Shown piece after piece: positions 42,496 through 56,664 of a DNA stretch of 64,000 bases. Made by a program: the position numbers and the translations under genes. Positions within the stretch are counted from its first letter, which is position 1. Every line of letters begins with the position of its first letter. The notes below the pieces were generated by a model. The model saw only the letters and a list, made by a program, of their open reading frames with translations, did no database searches and was not told the origin of the DNA. The DNA comes from Eledone cirrhosa (Eukaryota): NCBI GenBank assembly GCA_964016885.1, contig OZ024741.1, forward strand, positions 220,286,001 through 220,350,000. Direction: 5' to 3'.

Positions 42496-43221
42496 TATAA
42501 TATAGGGTAGTTTTATAAATAAATATGTTCATACCCTTAAAAAATGCAACCATTGTATTGTATATTTACTCCGATAATTTGTTGAGTGCTTTATATCAGT
42601 TATAAAAATATTTTGCTTGTTGTATCCCAACAAATTAAATATAACCTCTACATATATATATATATATATAAACGTTTATATATTTCAATTGTTAACAAAG
42701 TATAAGAGTTTGTATAAATATTCTTTAATGAGACACTTCTCTATTGTAAAGAACTATAGAAACATTTCATGTAGAATATAACAATAACACTTATCTAATG
42801 GTATATATCTATATTGCCAACATTGTATAATTTGTGAATAACCTGCAGTTATATTGATTCACATCTCCCCATTGGTAGAAAGCCAATATCATTTATATTC
42901 CTCATTAAAAAATATACATAATTAGTGTAATTGAAATAGGATATACTTTGTATGCCGCCATTTTTATTTTTAAGATACAATTTAAATATTAATTAATTAT
43001 TATTGATTTTATGTATCGACATGAGGACACGCACGTGTTGTTACAGGTGGTGATCAATCGATGGACTTCCGTCGGATTCGTCGATGTATGTTTCAGTTCA
43101 ATGAACGGAATTGCCTGCCTGCCAGTAACGAAATTAACGCATATGTATGGCTGAGTATTCCAAAGACACGTGCACCGTTAACTCTGATCTCAGGGAACTT
43201 CTGAGTGGCACAGTGTGTGAC

Positions 43222-43760
43222 AGTATAACTATTATTAACAGGATTATTATAACTAACAGTAATACCATTACTATTACTAACAGCATTACTATTACTAACA
43301 GTAACACTAATACTAACTGTATCACTATGATTAGCAGGATTACTATTACTAAAAGTAATACTATTATTATTACCAACAGAATTACTACTAGTAACTATTA
43401 CTATTACCACTACTATGACTATTACTAACAGCATTACTATTACTACTACTATCGCTATTACTAACAGTATTATTATTACAAACAATATTATTATTACTAA
43501 CAGTATTACTACTATTACCTCTACTATCACTATTACCACTGCTATCACTATTACCACTACTATCACTATTACTACTACTATCACTATTATACACAGTATA
43601 ATCATTACTACAATATTAGTGTTATTAACACCATCAGTACCACCTCCACCAACTTCACCATCACCTTCACCACCACCAACCCCACTAACACCACCACCAC
43701 CACAACACCACCACCAGCACCACCACACCCACACCACCTCTATCACCATTATCATTTATC
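43222..43760. repeat. Degenerate (TAC/TAT)n then (CAC)n low-complexity tract
   Basis: Direct reading. Confidence 0.9.
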
Positions 43761-44364
43761 ATCGCTCAGGACTGAAATAGCAGTATTATAAAAGGAATTA
43801 AATAAATTTGTTATGTTGAATCATCGAAATATTTTAATGGAAATTTACATGTTTTTATTAAAAATATTCTTCAAATATTTCATATATTTCTGCTAAATGA
43901 TGAAATTAAAACAGTTAAAAAATAACCATCGTAAAATTGTTTTAAATCTTAAATAACAAATTAAATACTTGTTTGCATTATTAAAGATTTATAGTATTAA
44001 TAGCTTTTAGCATAGGAGTAGAAATATAATAAAAAGACATTTCAAAATGCCAGTAGTTAGCAGATGTTTTATAAGGAAATTAGAATCAAATTTGATAAAG
44101 ATAGGTACAAAAATGGTTGTGTGGTTAAGTATTTTATATCGCAATTCCGTGTTCCTGGGTTCAATTCCGTTGCACGAAACTTTGAATAATTTCTTCTACT
44201 TTAACCATATATGTATGGTGTCATAACCCCTGATAGAGAGGGGCACCGTATTGACATACGGCATTTCTTGGGCATTTTAATCCTGTATATTTCTTCACAA
44301 AAATATACACGCAAGTTAAAATATCCTATTGCATATCAATACATGTAATAGAGTGCACATAATT

Positions 44365-44640
44365 TCTTCTTCGTCTTCTTCTTCTTCTTCTTCTTCTTCT
44401 TCTTCTTCTTCTTCTTCTTCATCATCCACTAATTCCTGGGAGGGGTCGAGGAGGCAGAGTCCTCAAACACTCCTTCCAGAGGGTCCTGTCAGAGGCAACG
44501 GCCTCCAATTGATCCAACTAGATCCTCAAATGAGACCAGCCAAGCTTATGGTGGTTATCCAACCATCTTGCTCGGAGGTTTACACCTGGGTCTTCTGCCG
44601 GTTGGGTTGGCCCGTCAAACAGAATTTGAAATGCTGATAT
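44365..44640 (-). pseudogene. RTE LINE 3' fragment with (GAA)n tail
   Basis: RARWLDNHHKLGWSHLRI..DRTLWKECLRTLPPRP. Confidence 0.8.
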
Positions 44641-44793
44641 ATACATGAAATTAAGTAAATTGACATAGGCAAATGAAGTCATTATGGTGGCTAACATTTT
44701 TGATTATTCTGCATTGTCATGTAGCTTTAAATCCCCCAAAGTCTATTTAATCATCGCAACCACAATTACAGAGCCTCCGGACATGAGACAGAC

Positions 44794-44861
<68 letters not shown>

Positions 44862-45837
44862 AGAGATATCTTAAGCCCCCGTCAATCAATTACTGGAAGT
44901 CTTGTTTGGTTTGCTTAAATTGTCATTGTTGCTCTGATTATAAATAAAATCTGTTGGCATAAAATGTAAGGCGGTGAGCACCTAGAAACAGAAGTCTGTA
45001 AACACACACACACACGCACACACAGACACACACATCCACACACACAGCCAGAGACACACACGCCACACACACAGACACCCACACGCACATACACACACAT
45101 ACACACGCACACGCACACGCACACACACACACACACATACACACAGACAAACACACACGCACATGCACATACACACACGCACACGCACATACACACGCAC
45201 ACACACATGCACATACACGCATATACACACGCACATAAACACACACATACACACACATATATCAAGAAAAACAAAAATGAATTCTCTTAACCAATCTAAT
45301 ATTCCTATTCTGACGTTCCATTTAACTGTTAATGTGAACGAGAGTAAAAATAAGTTTAAGACAAGCTGTGTTAATATTAATATTTTACGGTTAATATTAA
45401 TAGACTACGGTTAATGTTAGTAGAATACGGTTATGGTTAGTATTTTAGCGGGTGGCTACTTAGATATATACAGAGCAGGAATATCCACACCTCCAATTAA
45501 TCACAAATCTTGAGGTGTGAATAAATAGTAAGCTGGAATATACGGACGAGTCTTAAGTTGTGATTGCTTGCTTCAGTGATATACAATTCTTTTAAGATTA
45601 CTTGGCAAATCTGCTATAATTAATTTATATCTTTATATAATTATTAAATTATATATTTAATTGTTTAATTTAATATAGATATTACACTTTTCTTTGATTT
45701 ATTAGATTTGCTTTTTTCAATAAATATTTTACTGTTTCCTATATAAATATAAGTATGTATATATATATATCTCCCTCCTTCCCTCTCCTCATACTCTCTG
45801 CCTCTCTCTCACTCTTTCTATATATATATATATATAT

Positions 45838-45917
45838 ATAATTGTTTCTACTTTTGGCACAAGGCCAGCAATTATCCCAGTGTATTACTGGTACTTTATT
45901 TTATCGACCCCGTAGGG
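45838..45917 (-). mobile_element. SINE family 1, 3' half
   Basis: Reverse complement of consensus. Confidence 0.85.
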
Positions 45918-46039
45918 ATGAAAGGCAAAGTTAACCTTATATATATAATGTGTGTGTGTATGTATATATAGGTGTGTATGTATATATTTATGCATATGTA
46001 TAATGTATATATATATATATATATATATATAGACATATA

Positions 46040-46233
46040 TAGGAAAAAGTATGATCGCGACGGCAGAGCTCAAGCCGTTTCGACGGCTATTTCAGTCCAG
46101 AAATAGCCGTCGAGACGGCTTGAGCTCTGCCGTCGGAGTCATACTTTTTCCTATTTCCCACTCTACTACTACTCTCAGTATTGAGTACTCTGGTGCGTTA
46201 TGGTCCATCTGGTTCCTTACCACAATTCCTTTG

Positions 46234-46236
<3 letters not shown>
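46040..46236. mobile_element. Family A subfamily fold-back copy
   Basis: Inverted inside stem II; tail on right arm. Same subfamily as 58850-59050. Confidence 0.8.
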
Positions 46237-46320
<84 letters not shown>

Positions 46321-46369
46321 AATGTGTCTTCATGTGTAGGTGCGTGTCTGAATGTGTATGCATTTAGGT

Positions 46370-46400
<31 letters not shown>

Positions 46401-46456
46401 AATCTGTCTCTCTCTATATATATATAAATATATCCATCTATCTATCTATCTATCGA

Positions 46457-46505
<49 letters not shown>

Positions 46506-46859
46506 ATGTATATATATGGAGGAGGTATGTATGTGTGTATATGTGTTCGTGTATGCGTGTATACGTGTGCGTTTTTTTAAATAATAACAAAACTGTACAA
46601 ATTTAGTGTATTTCCACAATATGGCTAATGTTCTTAATTTGAGAGATTATTGATTTAGTTTATTACCAATTGATATATTTGTAATATCATATTTACTTTT
46701 GTATTATCTTCGTGTCCGAATGGATTTATTGCAGAATGCTACAATCTCTATAGTTGTGTTTATTAAGTTATGTGTTTAATATCGACAACAATCTTAAATA
46801 TACTTATATGAAGAGTTTCAGTTATAAATGTGTGTTTTGTATAATCGTTAATATTGATA

Positions 46860-47000
46860 TCTAGGTGGTGAAATAGCAGAGGTTTTAGAACGTCGGCTAG
46901 AATGTTTTGTGGTATTCGTTACAGCGCTCTACTCTCTGAGTTCGAATCCCACCGAGGTCATCTTTGCCTATCAAACATTCTAGCTCGATAAAAAGTACTA
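46860..47000 (+). mobile_element. Older SINE family 1 variant; similar copy 52950-53035
   Basis: GGTGAAATAGCAG..GAGTTCGAATCCCACCGAGGTC. Confidence 0.65.
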
Positions 47001-47253
47001 GTATATCTATCTACATATATATATAACAAGATTTAATATAGAAATGGCTTCTACACGATTAGAACTGTTTAATTCGAAGGAAACATTTCTGGTCCTGTAG
47101 AAGCCATTTCTATATTAAATTTTGTTATAAATATCTGTAGATAAATAGATATACTGGTACATTTTTATATATACTCCACTAATGTATTGAGTACCTTATC
47201 GAGTTTGGTTACCCCCGATTGAACCCGGGTCTCACCCCCCTCCACACACACAC

Positions 47254-47286
<33 letters not shown>

Positions 47287-47566
47287 TGTTTCTTTATTAG
47301 CCACAGGGGCACAAAAGAAGGGGACAAATACAAAGGGGGAAGTTTACATACAATAAAAACGTGTAAAATATTATCACAAATGTAATTTAAAAATTAGTCG
47401 ATTTTCCCCAATAGGGGGAGACATTTCATATGGGTAATACATACCCCCGAAAAAATGTGCAACCCTCATCTTCAGAGGTACGAAGAGTTTGTACTCCTTT
47501 CCTCTCCTCCTCTTTTTCCTCAACCTACAGGCTGATATAGAGAGAAGGCCCATTCACTCGGGCCAT

Positions 47567-50500
47567 TCACGCCACTTCCACCCACCTTTCATAAAACTTG
47601 CTGGGGTACAGCACCTCTCTCTCCAACCTGACTCTTCTTCCAAAGTGGTATTTGAAAAACAGAATCAATTGTTGGCCGGAGAGAAAGGTGTCTGACCTCA
47701 GCCCTTTCAACCTTGTCCACCATACAACCTCTTTCGCCATAGCTATCACACAAAGGAAAACCGCCTCTCCTTCGTTTTTGAAGGAGGGTGGCGGTTTGAT
47801 CATGACAATGGACTCGGTGGTCAACCCGATTGGTCCCACCCGCGACAATAGTCGTTCTACATAGCCCCACAGGTCGGTCACGCCCGGGCAGTGTATGAAT
47901 GCGTGCGCGACGGTTTCTTCGTCTCGCACGCACCTCGGACAGATCTTTTTTGCAGGCTCCCTGCCCGGGCGCCCATGTCTGTAGAGCTTGTCTCGAACTG
48001 GTAGAGCCCCTCGGTAGCACTGCCAGTCCTGGGACTTTTGCAAGTTGTCCATCGGTCCCGGGCGGAAGGTCCTACCGAACAGACTGGCCAGTTCGTCTTC
48101 CTCTACGCCCAGAGTTTCACTGAGCACGTGGTCGCACTTGCTGCGGATCAACCCTCTATAGAAAGACGAAGTGGAGTCTCCACTGATCGCCGGGTCCGCC
48201 TGCCAGAGGGCTGTGAGCGCCTGAGCACATTCGATGTGCCAGTCGCCCATTTTCCTCGGTCTTTGCTTGACCCAGGACTGCAGCTCGGTCAGCGAGACGA
48301 GTCGTGGGAGGGCTCGCGTCACGAACGGGGCCCACACCGGTTGTTCGGTGAGGAATACGTAGAGATGCCGCAGCCTGAGCACGTGTTTGCGCATCGTCAA
48401 CCACGGCATCCCCAGCCCTCCGTTAGAAGGGTGTTGGCAGCAGATGGATCTTCTCACCAAAGAAGCCCGCCTCTTCCAAAGGAATCGGAAGAGCGCGCGC
48501 TCCATTTTGGCGAGCGTTTTGGCTGGACAAGGCACGACGGTCAAGCGGTAGTAGATGACGGACGCTATAAAAGTGTTCGCCACCTCCGCTCGACCTTTCA
48601 AGGATAGTTTGCACTCGGCCCACTTCTGGGTGACACCTTGGCCGACACCTCGTTCCAGTTCTTCTCCACATGGAGGTCCGGACCAAACCAGACCCCGAGC
48701 AGCTTTACTAGTCCTTCCGTCCAGCGTCCGACGACGCCATCGGAAGGCATCGGTTTCCCTCTCCACGATCCGATGCAACTTGTCCCGGTTCAGCTTCGCT
48801 ACTGTGAACCTTTCGTATTCCTTCAGTAAGGTGCCGACTTCCTCAATTTACGAGGCGCTCGACACCATTACTGTCATGTCGTCGACGTAGGCCGATGCCG
48901 CTTTCCGCAGTCCCGGTTCCAGAGGGATGCCCTGCAATAGCTCCAACTTCTGCAGTAGTGGCTCGAGAGTCAGTACGTACAGAAGGGAGGAAAGAGGGCA
49001 TCCCTGTCGAATGGATCGCGTGATATGGAACGGCTCCGAGAGGTAGCCGTTCACCTTAACCCTTGAGCAGATGTTGCTGTTATGCATTGCAGCAATCCAG
49101 CCCCTGAACACGAGTCCGAAGCCTGCCGCCTCGAGCACCGCATCCAGGTAACGATGGTCAACCCCATCGAAAGCCTTAGACTGATCCAAGTTGATCAGGG
49201 CCCCACCGAAGCCGGGTTTACATCCTACCCTCTCTATGATGTATCGCATGAGGTGGAGGTTGTCGTGTATGGACCTGGTCGGGATTGCGCATGTCTGCGC
49301 TTCTCCCACCAGGTTCTCGACGACAAGTGCCAGCCTCTTTGCCAACACCTTGGCCAAAATCTGTAACTCTGTGTTTAGCAGAGTTATGGGCCAGAAGTTG
49401 CCTATGTCATCCCCCTTATTCTCGTCCTTCCAGACTAGTGTGACTACGCCCCGGTCACAGAACTGGGAATTCTCCCGTTCTGTTGCCAGTTGCAGTAGAC
49501 CGCTTCCAGGAGACCGAAGAATAAGTCCGGCATTGCTACGTAAAATTCGTAGGGTAGACCGTCGAGACCTGGAGATTTGCGTTTGCCGGATTGGCTCAAC
49601 GCGTCCCCTACCTCAGCGGCTGAAATCGGCTTTTCGCAGAACTTTGCCTCGCTGTCCGAGAGTCGCGGTAGGCCGTTGAGGTATGGACCGAAATCCATAG
49701 CCCCTCCCGGCGCGCCGCTCTGCCCGAACAGCTGAGAAAAGTGCCGCTGAAAGGCCGCACATATCTGCTTCGGCTCACGTTTCACGCGTCCGTTTTGGTC
49801 CCTCAAAAACCGAATCGTGGACTTGTTGCCACTTTTTGCCTCCGTCACTCGGGCCCAGCTAACAGCTTTGGCTCCCTCGTTTCCCAGAGTACGTATTTTG
49901 TTTCTGACAACGCATCCCCCATGCTTTGCGTCGAAGAACTGGTCCAAGGCCGTTCTCGTTGCTAGCACGCTGGCTACGTTGCCACTTCTAATTGCCTCTT
50001 CTACTTTATCTACCAGTTCTTTCTCGGTTCTATTTCTATCTAAAGCTAATTCTTTACTAAAAACTAACGAGTCTAATCTAATTTCCCTCTTGAGAGAGTA
50101 CCACCATCTGTTGTTGACAATGGCCCCTGTCAAGTGCTGTTTAACTAAAGTGCTAATCGTTCTACTGTAGGCTTTGCATGTCGGTAACGACAAGTTCAGC
50201 TTCCAGTAGCCGGGTCCTTGTCTATGGGTTCTATCAAGGTTGACCATGCAGGTCACTAGTTTGTTATCTGAATAGGCAACCATGAACATTTGTGGACAGC
50301 TTAACATGTCCCTATCCTTATTTCTAACTATAACCCTATCTAGGTACGATCTAGATGTTCCGCTACGATTACTCCACGTCCACAGTGGCACAGTCGGAAT
50401 ATCTAGTCGATATCTATCAGCCAGGTCAAATCGGCTGATTAACTATTTGAGGATGTTACACCCCCCCCCCCTCTTTATCGGGACATGCTCCCACATAGTC

Positions 50501-50949
50501 CCAACGTGCATCTAGGATTCCATTCCAGTCCCCCACTAAAAGCAAGGAGCGGGACGTTCCCAGAAAAGTCTCTAGACGTTTGAAGAAGTCTGGCCGCGGT
50601 GTCCCGGATGGGGCATATGCGGCCACCAGCCTGAAGGCTCCACCTTCACTACCGTCAACGTCTATGACCACCAGTCAACCCTCCAGGTCCACATGTACCG
50701 TCGGTGGTACGAGGCCCAGGTGTTTCCGCAGCAAAACGGCAACCCTGCCCCCACCTCCCGGCTGACAGAGAGATGCGTAGATCTGAAAGTCATCGAAGAT
50801 GGGGGCCAGCTGTCACTCTCTGCGGATCCTGAACTCGTAAATGGCTACTACATCCATACTGTGCGACCTGAGGTTGTTTAAGAGTTTGCCCTGTTCCAAG
50901 GCATCCCCAGGCCGCGTACATTCACACACCCAACTGTTATATTGGCCAT
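47567..50949 (-). pseudogene. LINE ORF2: APE endonuclease, reverse transcriptase, C-terminal zinc finger (several frameshifts)
   Basis: MANITVGCVNVRGLG; AYAP; GDWN; SYLDRV; GPGYWKLN; KSPGLDGLPYEFY; LDQSKAFD; RQGCPLS; AYVDD; CPRC..ETVAHAFIHC. Confidence 0.93.
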
Positions 50950-50989
50950 GTTGGTTCTGAAAAGTTAAAAGATAACAAAACACTCACCT

Positions 50990-52680
50990 CTTCGTCTCCC
51001 GGGGATCAGGCCGCACAGTTTCAATGGGGGTGTTAGAGGAGTTGTCTGGGTGAGTGGTGGTTTCCCGCAGGGTGGGGATGGAGATGTTTGGTGGGGTGGG
51101 AGTGTCTGGGGTGAGGGTGGGGAAACTTTTTAAAAGGACGCGGTTAATGGGTTTAACACAAGGATACCCAGGTCCTTAGGAAAGTTTTCCTTTAAAGACT
51201 TATAGGTGTCCGTAGGGACCCTAATCATCTTTAAATTAGGTTTGTCTACACAGTTCAATGACCTACATTAAGGTTTTGTTTTTACTGTTTATGTATGTGT
51301 AATGTTCTTGTTGTGTTGCGGTGGTTTTTGTCTGTTGTTCTTGTGGGAGCTTTCGTTTTGTTGTAGGTGTTTGTGTTTGGAGTGCTGTCGTGGTTTTGTT
51401 TTCGGGACAGGGGGTTTTTGTTTGTAATGTTTGTGTTGTTTGTGTTGGTGGTTGTATGTTTGTAGTGATGTTTGTTGTTTTTTTGTTCTTGTGGTGTCTT
51501 TTCTTCTCTTCTTGGTGATGATGTGGGGGCTTCGTCCGTTGTGGTGTCTGTGTTATTTGGAAGGGGTATGTTTTGGGGAGCTGTTGTGTTTGTGGGTGTT
51601 TTTGCAGTGGTTTTAGGTGGAGTGGGGTTGGGTGGGACTGTGCTTACAGGTTGGTTTGTTGTGCTTGTTTTGGTTGTGTTTGTGTGTTGTTGTTGTTGTT
51701 GTGGTGGTGGTTGTGTTGTTGTTTTGGGTGTTGGCAGTAGTGCCGCTTTGTTTTAGTTAACTGAGGACAGTAAGCCTTCAGGTGACCACTGCTTAAACAG
51801 TGGTAACATGAAGGCCGCTTACCCTCAACAGAAATGTTTATGTGTGAAATTCCATTCAGAAGCACACGTTGGGGTATTTTAGCTATCCGTTCTGGCCTCA
51901 TTTGGACCAGAACTTCCATGCTTGTACCATTGAATGTGCCTCTGCCTTCGTCGAAATCGATGAAGCCTGTTAGAATCCACCAGACGTTTACATTTGGTGC
52001 AATGTTCAAAATTTTTATTTTTTGAGTTCTTTTTCACATATATGTGGGGAAAAAGGTGTAAAGGGGGGACACAATCGGCGATACAGAATATTTTTGTGCT
52101 GTCAATTGGTCTTTCAACAACACCGAAATGTTTCCAAAAAGTTTCCCTTTTTGGATGAAGGCAATATCTTTCATGGAATTCTTCACACCAGGTCAATATT
52201 GTTTTGGGATAACTGAACTGGTTTTTTCGCCACATTTGAAACCGTTCTAAAATTTACTGTTTTTAGAACAGTTTCTCTGCGTAACTGTTGAGGAGAAGTG
52301 ATGCTGAAAGCACCACTCTCACCAAAAGTTACGTACTGTTTTGGATCGCTTAACATTTCCCTAGCATTGGAAATGTTAAGGTATGTGAACAGTTCCGTCT
52401 TTTGGACGGTTTGAGCAAAAGAAATCTTTTCCTTGTTCGTGGAGTTGTTGGTGTTGCTGTTGTTGTTGGTGTTGTTGTTATCATTGTTGTTGTTGGTGGT
52501 GGTGTTGTTGTTATCATTGTTGATGTTGTTGTTCTTGTTGTCATTATTGTTGTTGCTGTTGTTGTTCTGGTTGGTGTTGTTTATATTTTGCATGTTATTG
52601 GTGTTTGTGTTAGTGTTGATGTTACAATCAACGTCCGACATGATGTTTTCAAAACTGACGACATTTTCGATGTCTTTCAA
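50990..52680 (-). pseudogene. LINE ORF1 (Asn-rich N-terminus, CCHC zinc knuckle), frameshifted
   Basis: CYHCLSSGHLKAYC at about 51765-51810; ISFAQTV motif; position upstream of ORF2. Confidence 0.8.
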
Positions 52681-52706
52681 TGAGGTGGTGAGAGGAGGTG
52701 ACTGCG

Positions 52707-52754
<48 letters not shown>

Positions 52755-53551
52755 TATTCCTCTATCTCTCTTTCTTACTTCCTTTCGTTCACCTTTTATT
52801 CTCCTCTGGAAGAAATCTGCCGTGTTCAGACGTGGAGAGGAGATGGGCTCTACCAGGTTTTAAACTGCCCTAGAAACGTCATATGTCACTATGGCGCCGC
52901 TACGACTCCCGCAGGAGTTACTCGACTAATAGAGAAGAGAATATTGATATCTAGGCAGTGAAATAGCAGCGTCGTTAGACCGTCGGATAGAATGTTTTGT
53001 GGTATTTGTTGCTGCTCTCTGAGTTCAGATCCCACTCTTATGTTTATGATCAAGGGAGTGAACTATCGGAGAATTTAGGGACATCGGATTAAATGTGTCT
53101 CAGTATTTCCTCCGATCCATTGCGTTCTATATTCACATCCCGCCGGCGTTAACTTTGATTTTCATACATTCTAGGTCGATAAATAAAGTAGAAATAATGT
53201 GATCGATTCGTTCTTTATCTCCCTCTTTCATCCCCTGGAAAACATTGGCTGTGTCTCGGCCAGGAGAAGGATGTGCTCCGCAAAGTTTAAAATATCTAAG
53301 ACATGGCGTATGCCAGGAGGCTGACCCTACGCCTCCAATAAGCGTTCGCACCCTGTACATAATGTTTATTCGTTATAGTTTCTGGGAGAGTATGCAACAA
53401 TTAGTTAATGCTATTATTTATAGTTTTCGCTCACCACATTAAATACTATAAACTTAACAGTCGCACCCTTACTTCGTATTGAAGTAGCATATGAAGGATG
53501 TTCAGTATCGTGGCTACACGTCGAAGATCAATACTGTACGTACTATAGATA

Positions 53552-54137
53552 TATTTCTTTATTTGCCACAATGGCGCACAAGAAAAGCGGACAATACAAA
53601 GACATATGGCGGGGATTTTACATACAGTCGTGTAAAAAAAGTTTTAACATGAAAATATAACAATCGAAATCCCCAATAGGGGGGGAGGCGTTACAAATGC
53701 GTTGTTTTATACTCCGTAGATAGAACAACTCTCTACTTCAGGAGCGTGTTGTGCAAGTGCTCCTTTCTTCCCTTTGCTCTCTTCTTCAGCCTACGGGTTT
53801 ATATACAAAGAAGGCCCAAACACTTGGGCCATTTTTGCTACATTCACCCACCTTTCAGTAAATTTACTGGGGTGCAGTACCTCTCTCTCCACTCTGATTC
53901 TCCTTCTAAAGTCGCACCTAAAGAAGAGAATGAGTTGTTGTCCGGAGAGAAGGGCATCTGTCCTCAGTCCTCTCAACATTGTCCACCATATACCCTCTTT
54001 CACCATAGCCACTATACAGAGGAAAACCGCCTCTCTTTCGTTTTTAAATGAAGATGGCGGTTTGATCCTTACTATGGACTCGGCAGTTAACTGGATTTGT
54101 CCCACACGCGACAATAGTTGTTCTGCATAGTTCCATG
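53552..54137 (-). mobile_element. 5'-truncated diverged copy of the same LINE family with TSD
   Basis: SRVGQIQLTAESIVRIKPPSSFKNEREAVFLC..ERWV aligns with the ORF2 end. CGTACTAT(A/C)GATA at 53539-51 and 54138-50. Confidence 0.85.
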
Positions 54138-54538
54138 CGTACTATCGATAGTTAGAATGTTGCGAGTGATATAATTGTCGAAAACGATGGACTGCTATCA
54201 CCAGATATGTCCGTAGACCAATTACTAAAGCTACTATAGTATGGTCGCGAAACTCCTGATAGAGTCCTAAGGGCACCATAATGACATACGGCGGTTCCAG
54301 GGCATTTTAAGCCCGGTGGAGCCCATTCTTCTCCAGGTTTGAATACAGCAGATTTTTTTCCAGAGAAGGATAGAAAGTGAGAGAGACGAAGTGAGAAAGA
54401 GATATAGAGGAAGAGTCGTATTAGACTGGTACATTTTTTATCAACCGCCAAATGATAGAAGTCAAAGTCGACCTCCACTAAAGCTACTGCCCCCCCCCCC
54501 CCCCATAAAAAACAATAGAATAGGAAAATACATCATAA

Positions 54539-54602
<64 letters not shown>

Positions 54603-54849
54603 TAACAGATTAGTTTAAGCAAAGAATCGCTGATTTCACCCTTAACGGGATCTTATGAAAATAACAAAGTCAATCTGTAAACGCAGAAGTGGATATTTCA
54701 AAAAACGCTGCAACCGGAGGAAGACAGGAAGACGATACTTTGGTTCGTGGAAACGCTCCCTGGCAAAGAACGGGAAAAAACGAAGAAAATACGTCATTAA
54801 TAGGAGCGGTGAAAAACAATTACACGCAAAGACAGAAAGGGAAAGATAT

Positions 54850-54889
<40 letters not shown>

Positions 54890-54892
<3 letters not shown>

Positions 54893-55086
54893 GGAACGAG
54901 TAGGACCCCGACGGCTGAGCTGAAGCCGTTTCGACGGCTATTTCTGTAGTTCAGAATTAGCCGTCGAAACGGCTTGAGCTCAGCCGTCGGGGTCCTACTC
55001 GTTCTTATTACCCACTCTACTACCCTAAGTATTGAGTACTTTGGTGCGTTATGGTCCACCTGGTTCCTTACCACATTTCCTTCGTT
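54890..55086. mobile_element. Family A fold-back copy
   Basis: Inverted within stem II loop; tail on right arm. Confidence 0.8.
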
Positions 55087-55166
55087 ATATATATATATAG
55101 CATAACAATATCTGTTTCGACACACGATTTCATATAAAAAACCTCGCTAAACTAATTCATCGCCGC

Positions 55167-55210
<44 letters not shown>

Positions 55211-55219
55211 AGAGAGAGA

Positions 55220-55290
<71 letters not shown>

Positions 55291-55558
55291 TATTAGCCCT
55301 GAAATATGTTGGAATATCCTGGACTAAAAACATTATTTGTTTTGTTTTTGTTTTGTTTTATTTGTCATCCTTTGCCCTTTATATATTTCTACCACATTGT
55401 ACTGACTTTCTGAAACACACACACTTAGGGGGTAGCGGCGGAGAAGGTACTCGTTGACCTAATTCCGCAGCAAGAATCAGATATGACTGAGCTTGTATAT
55501 TTATTTATTCATGAACCACCCCTGCATTGATAGCTCTCATGTAATTACTGTATGTGTG

Positions 55559-55591
<33 letters not shown>

Positions 55592-55716
55592 GTATATATG
55601 TATATATGTATGTATGTATGCGTGTATGGTTGTGTATGTATGTATGTATGTATGTGTATGTATGTATATGTATGTATATATATGTATATGTATGTATATA
55701 CATGTATATCTATATG

Positions 55717-55776
<60 letters not shown>

Positions 55777-55878
55777 TATGTATGTATACATATATGTGTG
55801 TGTAGATATATATATGAAAATATACATGTATATATATATATATATATGTATATTTACATATATGTATGTGTATATATG

Positions 55879-55956
<78 letters not shown>

Positions 55957-56032
55957 TATACGTATGTATATGTACGTATGCATATGTACGTATGCATATA
56001 TATATTTATATATATACATTGATACACATGTG

Positions 56033-56064
<32 letters not shown>

Positions 56065-56664
56065 ACATAAAACATGTCTATAGAATCACAAGATAAATAT
56101 ATATATATATATACGTATGCTTATGTATGTATATATATATATATGAATGTGTAGGTATTTAAGTACATGTATAAATGCATATATGCAGATAGCTCGTGTG
56201 TAAGTAAGAGTCACATGAATATCATATATTGTGCATAATTAAGATCTGTAGTTACTTATTGCCGTCTATCTAATCTGGTTGCTTTTAACGCCTAGGTGTT
56301 AAGTTAATGTAAAATGGGGCTGATACATTAGTGTTTTACATCTATATATTTCTATAGAAGATTGCAATAAGAACTGGCCTTCCTTCTATGAGTCAGCTCG
56401 GTCTTTCTGATAGCATTTCAACAACAAAAATATTTTCTACTTAAGTTTTTCTTTGATATTTTTTGTTTAATTTCCTTAAATCTATCAAATTTTTCTTTTG
56501 CTTTTTTCTTTCAAATTATATTTCTGTCTGATTAGTCTCTTTCAGTAGCTATCGTCTGTTGATTTATGCAGTTTATATCATCGATAAACTTAATTTTAAT
56601 GGCTGACTAGTTTCGTAGCCATTTAAAACAAGAACGAAATAAATTTTGATTTGATTTTGTTGAT

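Larger units (their letters stand above)
47286..52706 (-). mobile_element. L1-superfamily (Tx1-like) LINE, near full length, inactivated
   Basis: ORF1 + ORF2 remnants, AATAAA at 47293-98 (minus), (GATA)n on both sides. Confidence 0.92.

Noticed and set aside
43093-43780. Hydrophobic or Thr/Ile-rich ORFs
   Set aside because: Trinucleotide low-complexity tract.
52800-52885. HHR near GCCCTAGAAACGTC
   Set aside because: No recognisable CTGANGA core. The same applies to 36772-36796 and 59575-59595.
46853-53035. LTRs or large TSD around the LINE
   Set aside because: The two similar blocks are diverged SINE copies and do not abut the LINE ends.
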